DNA of 63,303 nucleotides, the filler included, from Squatina squatina (taxonomy: Eukaryota): assembly GCA_031763465.1 (NCBI GenBank). It is 3 parts of 3 records of this genome, joined end to end, with 100 filler letters (N's around TTAATTAATTAA, not from the genome) between each part and the next. Parts side by side here need not be neighbours in the genome. Positions count along the whole stretch, not along the records: positions 1 to 25,526 come from JARFOE010000176.1; 2 more parts are not named here. The stretch is one strand, 5' to 3'. Under the pieces are notes generated by a model. It did not search any database, was not told the origin of the DNA, and worked only from the letters and a program-made list of their open reading frames with translations. Within the stretch, counting starts at the first letter, position 1, and each line of letters begins with the position of its first letter. The translations under genes were made by a program, and so were the position numbers. Of the stretch, positions 10,650 to 21,654 are shown one piece after another.

Positions 10650-10830
10650 GTTATTATCTGAAGTTATTGAAATCAATGTTGAGTCCGGAATTAGTGCCTA
10701 ATCGAAAGATGAGGTGCTATTTCTCGAGCTTCCGTTGAACTTCACTGGAACAGTGTAGGAGGTAGAGGATAGAGTGGGAGTGGCATGATTGTCATTTTAA
10801 TTCACGGTCCCACTCCCACTCTGACCTCTC
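10650..10830 (-). mobile_element. Penelope-like element fragment
   Basis: Reverse complement resembles the 55770-55980 Penelope GIY-YIG C-terminal segment (cactgttccagtgaag...gcacctcatctttcgattaggcact). Confidence 0.65.
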
Positions 10831-11407
10831 GGTCGGTCTCTCTGGAGCTGATGCCATCAGGAGAGCAGGGAAGGTAATCAAAATGGAGAAATAAAATCCA
10901 AGCACGAGTGTTGGTTCTTACTGAGAAAGAAGTAGCAGTTAAATCTACTTCTTAAACCAGTAATTTATGCAGTGCTCATTGGACAGGTATGTTAATGACT
11001 GCTGTATTTAAACTCACTGAGTGGAAAAAAGCAAACTGGTTTGCTTGTTTGTTTTGAGAAGCCCATGTCCATGAGATTGACTGGCAAGTGGTTCACAATG
11101 TGGTTTTTCTGTTCATCAGGGCTGCCTCAGGCTTTTGAAAGTAGAGTGTTGCTACACAGTGTCCGCTCAGACACCAGGAGTGCGTAGGCAACTGGTTGGA
11201 AATCCCCTAATATGGTACTGGTTTTGATTCAGAGAACTGAATCATAGCTGGCAGGAAGTTGTGGAATGGAACAGGAAGTGTGAAGGGGGAACTTGCCAGG
11301 AAGTGACNNNNNNNNNNNNNNNNNNNNNNNNNNNNNNNNNNNNNNNNNNNNNNNNNNNNNNNNNNNNNNNNNNNNNNNNNNNNNNNNNNNNNNNNNNNNN
11401 NNNNNNN

Positions 11408-11932
11408 CCCCTGTCTCTGTAGTCACTTCTTTTAAAACCCTGGGTTATCAGGCCAGGGGATTTGTCAGTTTTTAGTCCCATTAATTTCGCCAGTGCTATT
11501 TCTTTCCTAACACTAATTTCTATAAGCTTCTCATTCTCACTGGACCCTTGGCTCACCACTATTTCTGGAATTTTTTTTGTGTCTTCCTCCATGAAGACAT
11601 ATACAAAATATTTGTTTAATGCCTTTGCCATTTCCTTATTCCCCATTATATAATTTCTCCCGTCTCTGTCTGGAAGGGACCCATGTTTACTTTTGCTAAT
11701 CTCTTCCTTTTTATTTAGCTATCGAAGCTTTTGCAATCTATTTTATGTCTCTTGCTAGTTTACTCTCATATTCTCTTTTCACTCTCTATCAATTTCATGG
11801 TCATCCTTTGCTAAATTCTAAAATCCTCCCAATCCTCAGGCTTACTACTGCTTTTGGCAACATTATAAGCCTCTTTCTTTAATCTAACACTATCTTTAAC
11901 TTTTCTTGTTAGCTACGGTTTGACCAAGTTTT
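11408..11932 (-). mobile_element. CR1-type LINE ORF2 fragment
   Basis: MGNKEMAKALNKYFVYVF...LAKLMGLKTDKSPG, the CR1 region between endonuclease and RT. Confidence 0.88.
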
Positions 11933-12032
11933 NNNNNNNNNNNNNNNNNNNNNNNNNNNNNNNNNNNNNNNNNNNNNNNNNNNNNNNNNNNNNNNNNNNN
12001 NNNNNNNNNNNNNNNNNNNNNNNNNNNNNNNN

Positions 12033-12362
12033 TCTCCTGAGTCAGCCTTCAGCACGCACACCTTCTGAGGAAACCCGTAGGCCGGAAGACCAGGCTTTGG
12101 TATCGATCCCCTCGGGCCGCGTCGAACCGAGGACTCGAGGCCGCACTTCCTGCGTAATTGGTAGCGAACTTCAGCCTCCTGGGTGGACTCATCCTCAAAC
12201 CTCACCCGGCTCGGTGATTGGCTCCGCTTCTTGCGTAATCCGCAACGTGACTCGCCACTGGAGGAGTCGCTGAGGTTGCCGCTGTTATGGGTGTTTGAAG
12301 AGAGTCCATCTCTGGCGAATGGGTCTTTCTTTAGTGAAGGGGTGCCATCTCCACTGGTTTCC
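12033..12362 (-). CDS. KIAA1614: KIAA1614 orthologue exon (3' end lost in gap)
   Basis: Acceptor tttctcctcactctgcag|; ...SGNLSDSSSGES...SPSRVRFEDESTQEAEVRY matches the conserved KIAA1614 motif. Its phase-2 start joins the 13864-14004 exon in frame (CT+G = Leu). Confidence 0.8.
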
Positions 12363-12626
12363 CTGCAGAGTGAGGAGAAACAAGTAGTTATTTTACAAGG
12401 CTGCACCTTTACGAAACCAAGAGTTCAACCTGCTGAAGTACAAAGGCAGATTGTTGGCATAATTTGGGCATTTACCAACATGCTGTACCACAAAGTGGCA
12501 ATACATTGCTTCTCATGGTTACCCCAGGTCAAGTGCCTCGCTCTCTCCTGGACAATCACAGATCAACTGAGACTTGGCATTTCCCTAACGGAAGGATGAA
12601 TCAATAGCTAGGGTATTATTATCTAT

Positions 12627-12822
12627 GTCAGCCATAGCTCAGTGGTAGCATTTTACCCTCTGAATCAGAAGATCTATGGATTTAAGTCCCACTCTAGAGA
12701 CTTGAGCACAAAATCCAGGCGGACACTCCCAGCGCAGTAATGAGGGGGTGCTGCACCTTCTTTCAAATGAGACATTAAACTGGGGCCCCATTTAACAGCT
12801 CAAGTAAAAGATCCCATACCAC
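12627..12822 (+). mobile_element. Deu-domain SINE, 5' part
   Basis: tagctcagtggtagca head, ctttcaaatgagacattaaac and aaagatccca motifs as in the 6314 copy. Confidence 0.75.
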
Positions 12823-13863
12823 NNNNNNNNNNNNNNNNNNNNNNNNNNNNNNNNNNNNNNNNNNNNNNNNNNNNNNNNNNNNNNNNNNNNNNNNNNNNNN
12901 NNNNNNNNNNNNNNNNNNNNNNNNNNNNNNNNNNNNNNNNNNNNNNNNNNNNNNNNNNNNNNNNNNNNNNNNNNNNNNNNNNNNNNNNNNNNNNNNNNNN
13001 NNNNNNNNNNNNNNNNNNNNNNNNNNNNNNNNNNNNNNNNNNNNNNNNNNNNNNNNNNNNNNNNNNNNNNNNNNNNNNNNNNNNNNNNNNNNNNNNNNNN
13101 NNNNNNNNNNNNNNNNNNNNNNNNNNNNNNNNNNNNNNNNNNNNNNNNNNNNNNNNNNNNNNNNNNNNNNNNNNNNNNNNNNNNNNNNNNNNNNNNNNNN
13201 NNNNNNNNNNNNNNNNNNNNNNNNNNNNNNNNNNNNNNNNNNNNNNNNNNNNNNNNNNNNNNNNNNNNNNNNNNNNNNNNNNNNNNNNNNNNNNNNNNNN
13301 NNNNNNNNNNNNNNNNNNNNNNNNNNNNNNNNNNNNNNNNNNNNNNNNNNNNNNNNNNNNNNNNNNNNNNNNNNNNNNNNNNNNNNNNNNNNNNNNNNNN
13401 NNNNNNNNNNNNNNNNNNNNNNNNNNNNNNNNNNNNNNNNNNNNNNNNNNNNNNNNNNNNNNNNNNNNNNNNNNNNNNNNNNNNNNNNNNNNNNNNNNNN
13501 NNNNNNNNNNNNNNNNNNNNNNNNNNNNNNNNNNNNNNNNNNNNNNNNNNNNNNNNNNNNNNNNNNNNNNNNNNNNNNNNNNNNNNNNNNNNNNNNNNNN
13601 NNNNNNNNNNNNNNNNNNNNNNNNNNNNNNNNNNNNNNNNNNNNNNNNNNNNNNNNNNNNNNNNNNNNNNNNNNNNNNNNNNNNNNNNNNNNNNNNNNNC
13701 TGAAGTGTATATCCCAGAGATTGTTCAGATTTAGCTTGCAGTTAACTTTAGGCCCACTCATGTTGTAATCTCACTGCGGTCCACTGTTAAACTCCAGGTC
13801 TGTTCCTCTGTTGCCAGGTTTGTTTTGTTGATTGGAATTGAAGAAGCGATGAGTAGCACTTAC

Positions 13864-14004
13864 AGATGGCTCCTCTCTACAGGCAGAATGCTGTGGTCGG
13901 CTTTGAGCGGACTGGCTCGGGCCTTCATCCGAGCTCTCTCCAGCAGTCGCTTCGCCTGCTCGTGCCTGGTACTCAGTGACAGCTGGCTGGAGGACACAAA
14001 GGCT
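13864..14004 (-). CDS. KIAA1614: KIAA1614 orthologue internal exon
   Basis: Acceptor ...acccgacag| and donor CT|GTAAGT enclose 141 nt: AFVSSSQLSLSTRHEQAKRLLERARMKARASPLKADHSILPVERSH, matching the KIAA1614 RHE.A..LL.RARMKAR motif. Confidence 0.82.
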
Positions 14005-14959
14005 CTGTCGGGTAGATTAGGAACACACGGTGATTAGCAGAGTTAACAACGCTACAAGGCAGCACACACACACGCGCACACACTGTCTCAACAAACCTTA
14101 ATGTTACTGGCACAAGAGAGCAAAAGAAAGGATCGGGCGGGCCACACTTTGGAAAAACTGAAGGATGATTTGGTTGGGAATAATGGTTATTTATTCAAAT
14201 AAAGAAAGCAGGACGGTCAAAGAAAACAAGTCCACGAGCAGCAGAACACTTCACTGATCCGGGCCACAGGCTGCAGGAGGTGTTCATCACACTGGCTGCT
14301 TTCTATTGGCCAGCCCTTTCGCATCCCCAGCACTCACTAATTCAGGCTCCATCAGCTCTTGGCTGATTGCTCTGTAAGACGGAATGGGCTGGATTGATGA
14401 GTGGAGGCATACGAGGAGCACATTTTTCACCTAAGCCCCCTCCGCCCAGGGGAAGCTGATGTGATTGGGTCGGGACAGAGAGTAAAACCGGACTGGGAGG
14501 CTAAAATTACCCCAGTCTGAAGTGAACATTAGCACAGGTCAGTGCCCGCTGACAATCAGTCCTGGCTAAGGTTTGGCCCACTGACACTGATACAAACATA
14601 TGAAAATGTAGGACAGGAAAAGACCACCTGGTCTATCGAGCTTGTCCCATGCTCTTATTGTGCAATTTCTGTACACCCGGGAGAGGCAAAAACACAGAGA
14701 AAGAAAGACGACCAAACAAGTTTCAGGAGACCATGGTGACTGGAACACAGTACTCGCCTACCTTCCATACATAGTTACGCCAGCCACACTCGGGAACTCG
14801 CCCAGTTCCCTTTCAAATGTTTGCAGTGAATTCACACTCACCACACAAATGATATGTTCNNNNNNNNNNNNNNNNNNNNNNNNNNNNNNNNNNNNNNNNN
14901 NNNNNNNNNNNNNNNNNNNNNNNNNNNNNNNNNNNNNNNNNNNNNNNNNNNNNNNNNNN

Positions 14960-15252
14960 CTGCTCTCCCAGGTTGAAGTAAAAGATCCCGTTGGCACTAA
15001 TTTGAAGAAGAGCAGGGAGGTTATCCCCGGAGTCCTGGGGCCAATGTTTATCTCTCAATTAACATAACAAAAGAACAGGTTATCTGATCATTATCACATT
15101 GCTGTTTGTGGGAGCTTGCTGTGCGCAAATTGGCTGCTGCATTTCCCACATTACTGCAGTGACTATACTCCAAAAGTATTCATTGGCTGTAAAGGGCTTT
15201 GATACGTCCGGTGGTTCTGAAAGGCGCTATGTCAATGCAAGTCTTTCTTTTT
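14960..15252 (+). mobile_element. Deu-domain SINE, 3' part
   Basis: aaaagatccc...gaagaagagcaggg...ttatcacattgctgtttgtgggagcttgctgtgcgcaaattggctg...aaaggcgctat tail. Confidence 0.85.
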
Positions 15253-15474
15253 TTAACCACCTCAACATCAAACGCATTAATATTTAGATTAAACTGATCA
15301 AGTGAAGCAAAAAAGCAGCTTAAGAATTGGTGATGCTCGCCAGCCAGGAGTTTATGGACCCAGGTCTCCATTATCAGATGTGAATTATCCACACACGCAA
15401 ACACCCACAGAGACACACACACACTCAGAATGCACAAATGTACGCCAATTAAAAGTCCTTCTGCTCTCTTTCAG

Positions 15475-15803
15475 TCCGAGGGAAGGTTCAACCCACGCTG
15501 ACCCTGCTGCCCCCCTCCCCGGAGGAGGTGACGAAAAAGGGCACTGCCAGCCTGGTGTGCCTCGCCGATCACTTCTACCCCGATGCCGTGGAGGTGGAGT
15601 GGAAGAAGAATGGGGCAACCATTTCGGCCGGGATTCAGACCAGCGACTACCTGCGATCTGTGGACAACACCTACAGCGTCAGCAGCCTGCTGACCCTCTC
15701 TGGCTCTGACTGGGAGTCCAACGCCAGGTTCTCCTGTGTCCTCACCCACGAGACCCTCTCCTCTCCCCTCAGCAAGAGCATCAGGAGAGCAGAATGTGCC
15801 TAG
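15475..15803 (+). CDS. IGKC: Immunoglobulin light chain constant exon, kappa type (shark type III/NS4-like)
   Basis: Acceptor ctctctttcag|; RGKVQPTLTLLPPSPEEVTKKGTASLVCLADHFYPDAVEVEWKK...YSVSSLLTLSGSDWESNARFSCVLTHETLSSPLSKSIRRAECA*. C1-set Cys/Trp/Cys and the penultimate interchain Cys are present; resembles nurse shark NS4 constant regions. Confidence 0.9.
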
Positions 15804-15840
15804 CGTGTTAGAGACAGTCCACAGAGGAGACTCAACTTTA

Positions 15841-15846
15841 AATAAA
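15841..15846 (+). promoter_or_regulatory. Polyadenylation signal of the Ig light chain C exon
   Basis: AATAAA 37 nt after the TAG stop. Confidence 0.7.
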
Positions 15847-16127
15847 ACAGTGGGGAGCTGGGAGGCCAAAGGTTATTGTCAAAACTGCATTTCCACTCCC
15901 TTCTTGTGACTGGGTCTGGGAAAGCATCTGAGGTTCAGGGGATAAGGCTCATGATTGGGACAGTGTAGAGGGAGCTGTACTCTGTATCTAACCCGTGCTG
16001 TACCTGCCCTGGGGGTGTTTGATGGGANNNNNNNNNNNNNNNNNNNNNNNNNNNNNNNNNNNNNNNNNNNNNNNNNNNNNNNNNNNNNNNNNNNNNNNNN
16101 NNNNNNNNNNNNNNNNNNNNNNNNNNN

Positions 16128-17108
16128 CCCATAGTCAGTCAACACCTTTCTCGTTTTATTGTCATAGTTCCTTCTGGCTACCACTAACGGTGTCTGGCCT
16201 TTATTGTCCTCACAGGATACATCAGCTCCCTTCTTACACAACATTTCAGTCAACACAGCATCTTTACTGTCCACTGCTGCCAGAAGGGCTGTCCGCCCTG
16301 AATTATCTTTTACATTGATTTCAACACTTGGCTCTTCTAGCAGTAGTTTAACCACCTCTTTGCTCCCCTTTTCTACTGCAAGAATCAATGGCGTTTTCTT
16401 ATTGATATCCGGAACATTTACATTCGCTCCACGTTTCATCAGCATTTCCACCACATTATGGATATTCAAGAGAGATTCGGTCAATGCGATACTCAGGGGT
16501 GTCCTTTTATTTTTGTCTCTGGAGTTAACATCGGCCTCATAGTCCAACAGACTTTCCACAATTGCCTGGCTTTTGTTCAGCAAGGCGTGAATTAATGCTG
16601 TTCTGCCAAGGTTGTCGACTGCATTAACATCTGCATGCATTTCACCCAACAAGATCTTAACAATGTCCTCACGGCCTTCTATCACGGCATCCATCAGAGC
16701 AGTCTTTCCACCTAAAGTCAGCATCTTTTTGGTGTCACACACTTCCCTGTGCTTGTTCACATCAGCACTTTGCTGGAAGAGGAAGCGTAATGCGTCCTCA
16801 TTACCGTAGATTGCTGCTTCCATAATGGCAGTAAAACCATTGGCATCTGCCTTGTTGACATCTGCACCCAGGGATAGAAACGTCTGGAGCAATTTTACAT
16901 TGCCACCTATTGCAGCAACAATGAAAGGCGTTGCTCCATTTTTCTTCGCGAGATGTGGATCAGCCTCATGATTCAACAGTAAGTGGACAATGCTTTCATG
17001 ACTTAATTGTACAGCATTAAGGAGCGGCGTCCAACCGTATTCCGGCGTCTGATAGTTAACATTTGCTTTGTTCTTCAAGAGCAATTCAGCTACATCTTCA
17101 TGGCCGTT
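16128..17108 (-). CDS. RNASEL: 2-5A-dependent ribonuclease L, ankyrin-repeat region (both ends lost in gaps)
   Basis: Open frame with RNase L-specific motifs [81 protein letters not shown]. Confidence 0.92.
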
Positions 17109-17209
17109 ANNNNNNNNNNNNNNNNNNNNNNNNNNNNNNNNNNNNNNNNNNNNNNNNNNNNNNNNNNNNNNNNNNNNNNNNNNNNNNNNNNNNNNNNNNN
17201 NNNNNNNNN

Positions 17210-17515
17210 CCTCGGCCAGTGCAGTGTTCCCTCAGTACTGCCCCTCGGCCAGTGCAGTGCTCCCTCAGTACTGCCCCTCGGCCAGTGCAGTGCTCCCTCA
17301 GTACTGCCCCTCGGCCAGTGCAGCGCTCCCTCAGTCTTGCCCCTCGGCCAGTGCAGCGTTCCCTCAGTACTGCCCCTCGGCCAGTGCAGCGCTCCCTCAG
17401 TCTTTACCCTCGGCCAGTGCAGCGTTCCCTCAGTACTGCCCCTCTAACATTGCAGCGCTCCATCAGTACTGCCCCTCGGCCAGTGCAGTGCTCCCTCAGT
17501 ATTGCCCTCCCCGAC
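17210..17515. repeat. 33-bp minisatellite (~9 copies)
   Basis: Unit CTCGGCCAGTGCAGYGYTCCCTCAGTACTGCCC; gives the 11-aa periodic spurious ORFs. Confidence 0.95.
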
Positions 17516-18839
17516 AATAGAGAACACACTCAGTACTGGCCACCTGTAATGCTCCTTGATTGAGAAATGCATTTGCAGTTTGTCTCGTCCAGTTAACAAA
17601 ATGTGATTGACTTGTGATTCTTTAAATCCGAATGTTTGACCTCTCTCCGGTAAGTGGTTTTCTTGGGCGTACCGAAAACGCACCTCTTACCACAAGTTCT
17701 GGACGATAGGGATTATATGGACAGATCAGACTCGATCACAGGTTTTACAGGCTCAATCGTATTGTGTTGAATAAGATTAACAATAACACTCATAAACAGA
17801 ACAAGACAGTACAATCCTGGCTTGTCCAACAAGCCCTATCGTGCTAAATTACCGAATAAAAGAACCCTCCGGTGAAATAAACTAACACAGGACCCCCAGC
17901 ACTAAGGTTTAGCTGGGATTTACAATCACCCCCTCACACAGCTAAGTGGTCTTGTGGATGTGTAGGCGCAGGCAACATGCTCACCCCGATTGCCCGTTGT
18001 CTTGCTTGCAGCTTCTTCCTGTATGTCTCGCCCCTGGTTCCGTATGGCCGATGCAGTATCCGAGTCCCAGTTTGAGTCGAGGCCCATTGATGAGGGATGA
18101 AGAGCAGCGCTCAGCTTCTGACAATGTTCCGTTGAATCGAGCGGAGCCCCACTCAAGAATCGCTGTGGATTCATGGCGAGGAGAAGAGAGCAAACCGTTG
18201 CCAGATGGCTCCTTATATACCCCAAACCCATCACCTTTTCTCCTGCCAACACTGGTCGATGTATTGGCTCAGGTGATCTGTCTGGACCCCACCGCCCGTG
18301 GCCGGGTGTGACTCATAACCTTTGAACTCTTGGTGAAAAATTATATTTAGTTTTGCCGCTCCCAGGCCTGGCACCTGGAGAGACCATGAATGCTGATTAC
18401 TGGATGTCTGTCGTTTCCTGAGTTGATGGCCCCCATTATCATGTAATGGGTTTCAGTCTCAAACCGATCTTGCTTAACTGGCTTCACTCCTGGAAGACAA
18501 TGGCCTTGTCATCTCCCGCCTTCCACCAGTTTTGGTTGTGACTGAGTTGTGACTGTGCTTTACTGATGTGTGGACATAGTGTCTGTGAGTTACCTCTCAG
18601 GGTTTTGTTCACAGTAATCATGTTAGATGGTGATGACATCAATCGGCCTGGGTTCCCTTCCACCCAGTGTGAAATGTCTGTTTGCATATGAATGCACCTT
18701 AGTCAAGTTAGCCTGGCTCAAAACTCCTGCCAGTCAATCCTATTCCCTAAGCCACTCCCACAAGCTTGCCAAACAGTACAGTTCAATTCCTGGGGTTTTG
18801 GATTTAAAATATGATTCATAAAAATGGCCAGAAAGCTGG

Positions 18840-19200
18840 TGCTACAGGGGGCAATCTCGCCTCCTAGGAAATTCTCTGGGAGGTCGCGGAGGTGCAAGGC
18901 CCTTTGCACCAGTCTTCGTGATTACTGAGCTGTCAGTGCGACACGCTCCCTGCAGTGACCCCTTTACGCTCCGCGGTGGAAATCACCCCGTGGCGCAAGG
19001 TCACAGGCCATAATGGGGAGGGCCTTTGCGCTGCCGGCCGCCATCTTGTTCTGTCAGCTGACTTTGGTCGGCCGACTGATGGTGGTCCTCGGGATTGTGA
19101 CGTTGTTGAACTGAAAACCCGCCCAGTTTGGGGAGGATGAGACAGGAAAGTGCAAGTGCGCCCTCGTAACAAGCTTCCACGCTTTTCTCACCCAAGATCT
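18840..19200. mobile_element. GC-rich non-autonomous DNA-transposon-like repeat (family also at 33010, 40960, 61770)
   Basis: Shares the palindrome ggtgcaaggccctttgcacc and the tcggccga block with the 33010-34023 element. Confidence 0.55.
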
Positions 19201-19269
19201 TGTTCATTATTAGTCCAGTGGAATGTTGTTAACTTATTCACGCATCCTAATTGATTGTCCTTTAAGGGG

Positions 19270-19505
19270 GTGCGAGAATTTTTTTATTTTGGAGGGGGAG
19301 AACTTTTGTAAGTTATGATCTGGAATGCACCGCCTGAAAGGATGCTGGAAACAGATTCAATAATTATATTCAAAAAGGAATTTGATAAATACTTGAAAGG
19401 GAAACATTTGCAGGGCTCTGAGGGAAGAGCAGGTCCGTGGGACTGATTGGAGAACTCTTTCACAGAGCCAGCACAGGCCTCCGTGTGTGCTGTATCATTC
19501 TGTGA
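19270..19505 (+). mobile_element. CR1-type LINE 3' end
   Basis: tggaatgcaccgcctgaaagg...ttcaaaaaggaatttgataaatacttga... tail. Confidence 0.7.
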
Positions 19506-19684
19506 TGTCCGTGGGTGTCAAAGGAGAAATTCTTGAATGAGAATTTTTGCTTCCACCACACTACCTGGCAGATCACTTTCTTCATCCCAAATTGATCTGA
19601 CACATTTTTCAGCCCGTGCTCCATTGTTCTACAGTCTTGGCTTAACTTGTAATACCTCTTGAGGTTTGTGATTTTGGAATTTCT

Positions 19685-20032
19685 TCAGTGGAGTATTGAG
19701 GGAAGTGCTTTCTGAAGTGCTGTCTTTTCGATGCGGTGTTAAACTGCCCTCTCAGGTGGGTGTAAAAGATCCCATGACACTATTGAATGAAGAGCAGTTG
19801 AGGTCTCCCCGGCGTCCTGACCAATATTTATCCCTCAACCAACATCTCCAAAAAAACATTATCTGGTCACTTATCTCATTGCTGTTTGTGGGAGTTTGCT
19901 GTGAATAAATTGGCTGCTGTGTTTCCCTACATTACAACAGTGACTACACTTCAAAAGTTACTTAGATTAACTGTGATGCACTCTGGGATGTCCTGAGTTT
20001 GTGAAAGGCGCTACAGAAATGCAAGTTCTTTT
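19685..20032 (+). mobile_element. Deu-domain SINE, core and tail
   Basis: ctctcaggtgggtgtaaaagatcccatgacact...ttacaacagtgactacacttcaaaag...gaaaggcgctacagaaatgcaag. Confidence 0.85.
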
Positions 20033-20724
20033 CCTCTATACTGTAATGCTGGACAGGACACAGACCCTTCCTGGTTTTCAACTGAGTAAGGCCCAATGTA
20101 GCCTATTAAATAGAATTAATTACCAATTTATACAGAGCACTGACTGCACATCATAGCAACTGGTGTGAATGCTTTGTGACACGGACAGTGTGGTAAGAGG
20201 ACACAGAAATAGCAGGACTTCTTTCTGCTTTTTCACAGGAGTCTGTTGAATAAAAGCACCCATGTTTGATTAGACAGAATCTATCACTTTAGCACCTAAC
20301 ATCCAACTTAAGGAGGCAGGATTCCAATCCACACAAAGCTCCCGGGGCAAGAGATGCAAGTTATAACACAAACCAGTGACAGAAATCCCTCCAACTTCAT
20401 GTCTCAACGTGTAAAAGGAATGGAGCAAAATCAAAGCCACTTATGAATCAGTAAAGGTTTATTTACAAAATTCTTAACCATTAATAAATCAATTTGTTAT
20501 CAAATATGTAAACAGAGAAAACACATTATTTTACATTTCCATATGACACACATCACCCCTTCCCCCAAAAATTACAAAAGGGAAGGGAATTGCCTGAAAT
20601 AGGAATGCTCAGACAGTATTTACACAGATATTATACAAGTACACAGTCAAGTACTCCTCTGTAGCTCTGCACTGTACAGTACACATAGGCGAGTCTCCTT
20701 GTATTTGCCTGGCCAGTATATTAA

Positions 20725-21360
20725 TGATGGACAGAGGCAGGAAGCAAACAGTAACCATGGATGGGTGTTTCCAGTGGGGTTCCACAGGGCTCAGTTCTCT
20801 GGTCTTTGCTTTTTGTGGGATATAATCAATAATTATGAAGTATGAATAAATCATTTTCAGATGATGGAAAACAATTGTTTGTGCGGTTGATAATGAAGGC
20901 GGCCGTAGACTGCAGGAATGGGCGGCTGGTCAGGTGGGCAGAACAGTGGCCAATGTAATTCAACCCGGAGAAGTGTGAGGTAATGCATTTAGGGAGGGCT
21001 AACAAAGCAAGGGAATAGACAATATATGATAGGACACTGAGAAGTGCTGAGGGACAGAGGGATCTCGGTGTGCATGTCCACAGAACCCTGAAGGTAGCAG
21101 GACAGGTGGATAAGGTGATCAAGAAGGCATACGGGATACTTACCTTTATTAGCAGAGGCATAGAATATATGAGCAGGGAGGTTATGCTTGAACTGTATAA
21201 AATGCTAGTTGGGCCACAGGTGGAGTACTGTGTACAGTTCTGGTCACCACATTACAGGAAGGATGTGATTGCACGAGAGTGGGTACAGAGGAGATTTACC
21301 AGGATATTGGCTGGACTGGAGAATTTTAGCTATGAGGAAAGATGGATAGGCTGGAGTTGT
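20725..21360 (+). mobile_element. CR1-type LINE RT fragment(s)
   Basis: G.PQGSVL-like motif near 20777 and VHRTLKVAGQVDKVIKKAYGIL...EYCVQFWSPHYRKDV...VQRRFTRIL. Confidence 0.9.
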
Positions 21361-21654
21361 GGGTTAAGCCAATGGTCTGAGGGTGACCATATTGAAGCAG
21401 CAGGTAGATATAAGGCTAATATTGTGCAACAAACAGCAGAGTCCTGGCATACAGGGACAGAGAATTAGCTCAGTTACCAAGGAGCGGCACGGCTGAAGGT
21501 GTTGCCCAGAGTAACCACTGCGGTGCTGAACTTACACTTCTGAGAAGAGGAGAAACCATTTGCTCTCCTGAAATAGGTATGCCAAGCCTGACCATAAGAG
21601 ATGGGCAAGGACAAATTTACTTGGCACTAAAACTATATGTGACAGGAGTAACTA

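Noticed and set aside
12775-13761. Long ORFs of X residues (also 37903-38482 and 58215-59308)
   Set aside because: Artefacts of translating N gaps.
15879-16027. C-terminal extension of the RNase L ORF
   Set aside because: Lies on a different contig across a 100-N gap and consists of repeat-like sequence downstream of the Ig exon.
17007-17563. Regularly repeated 33-mers as a CRISPR array or repeat protein
   Set aside because: Units are head-to-tail with no unique spacers, there are no cas genes, the context is vertebrate, and the ORFs span an N gap.
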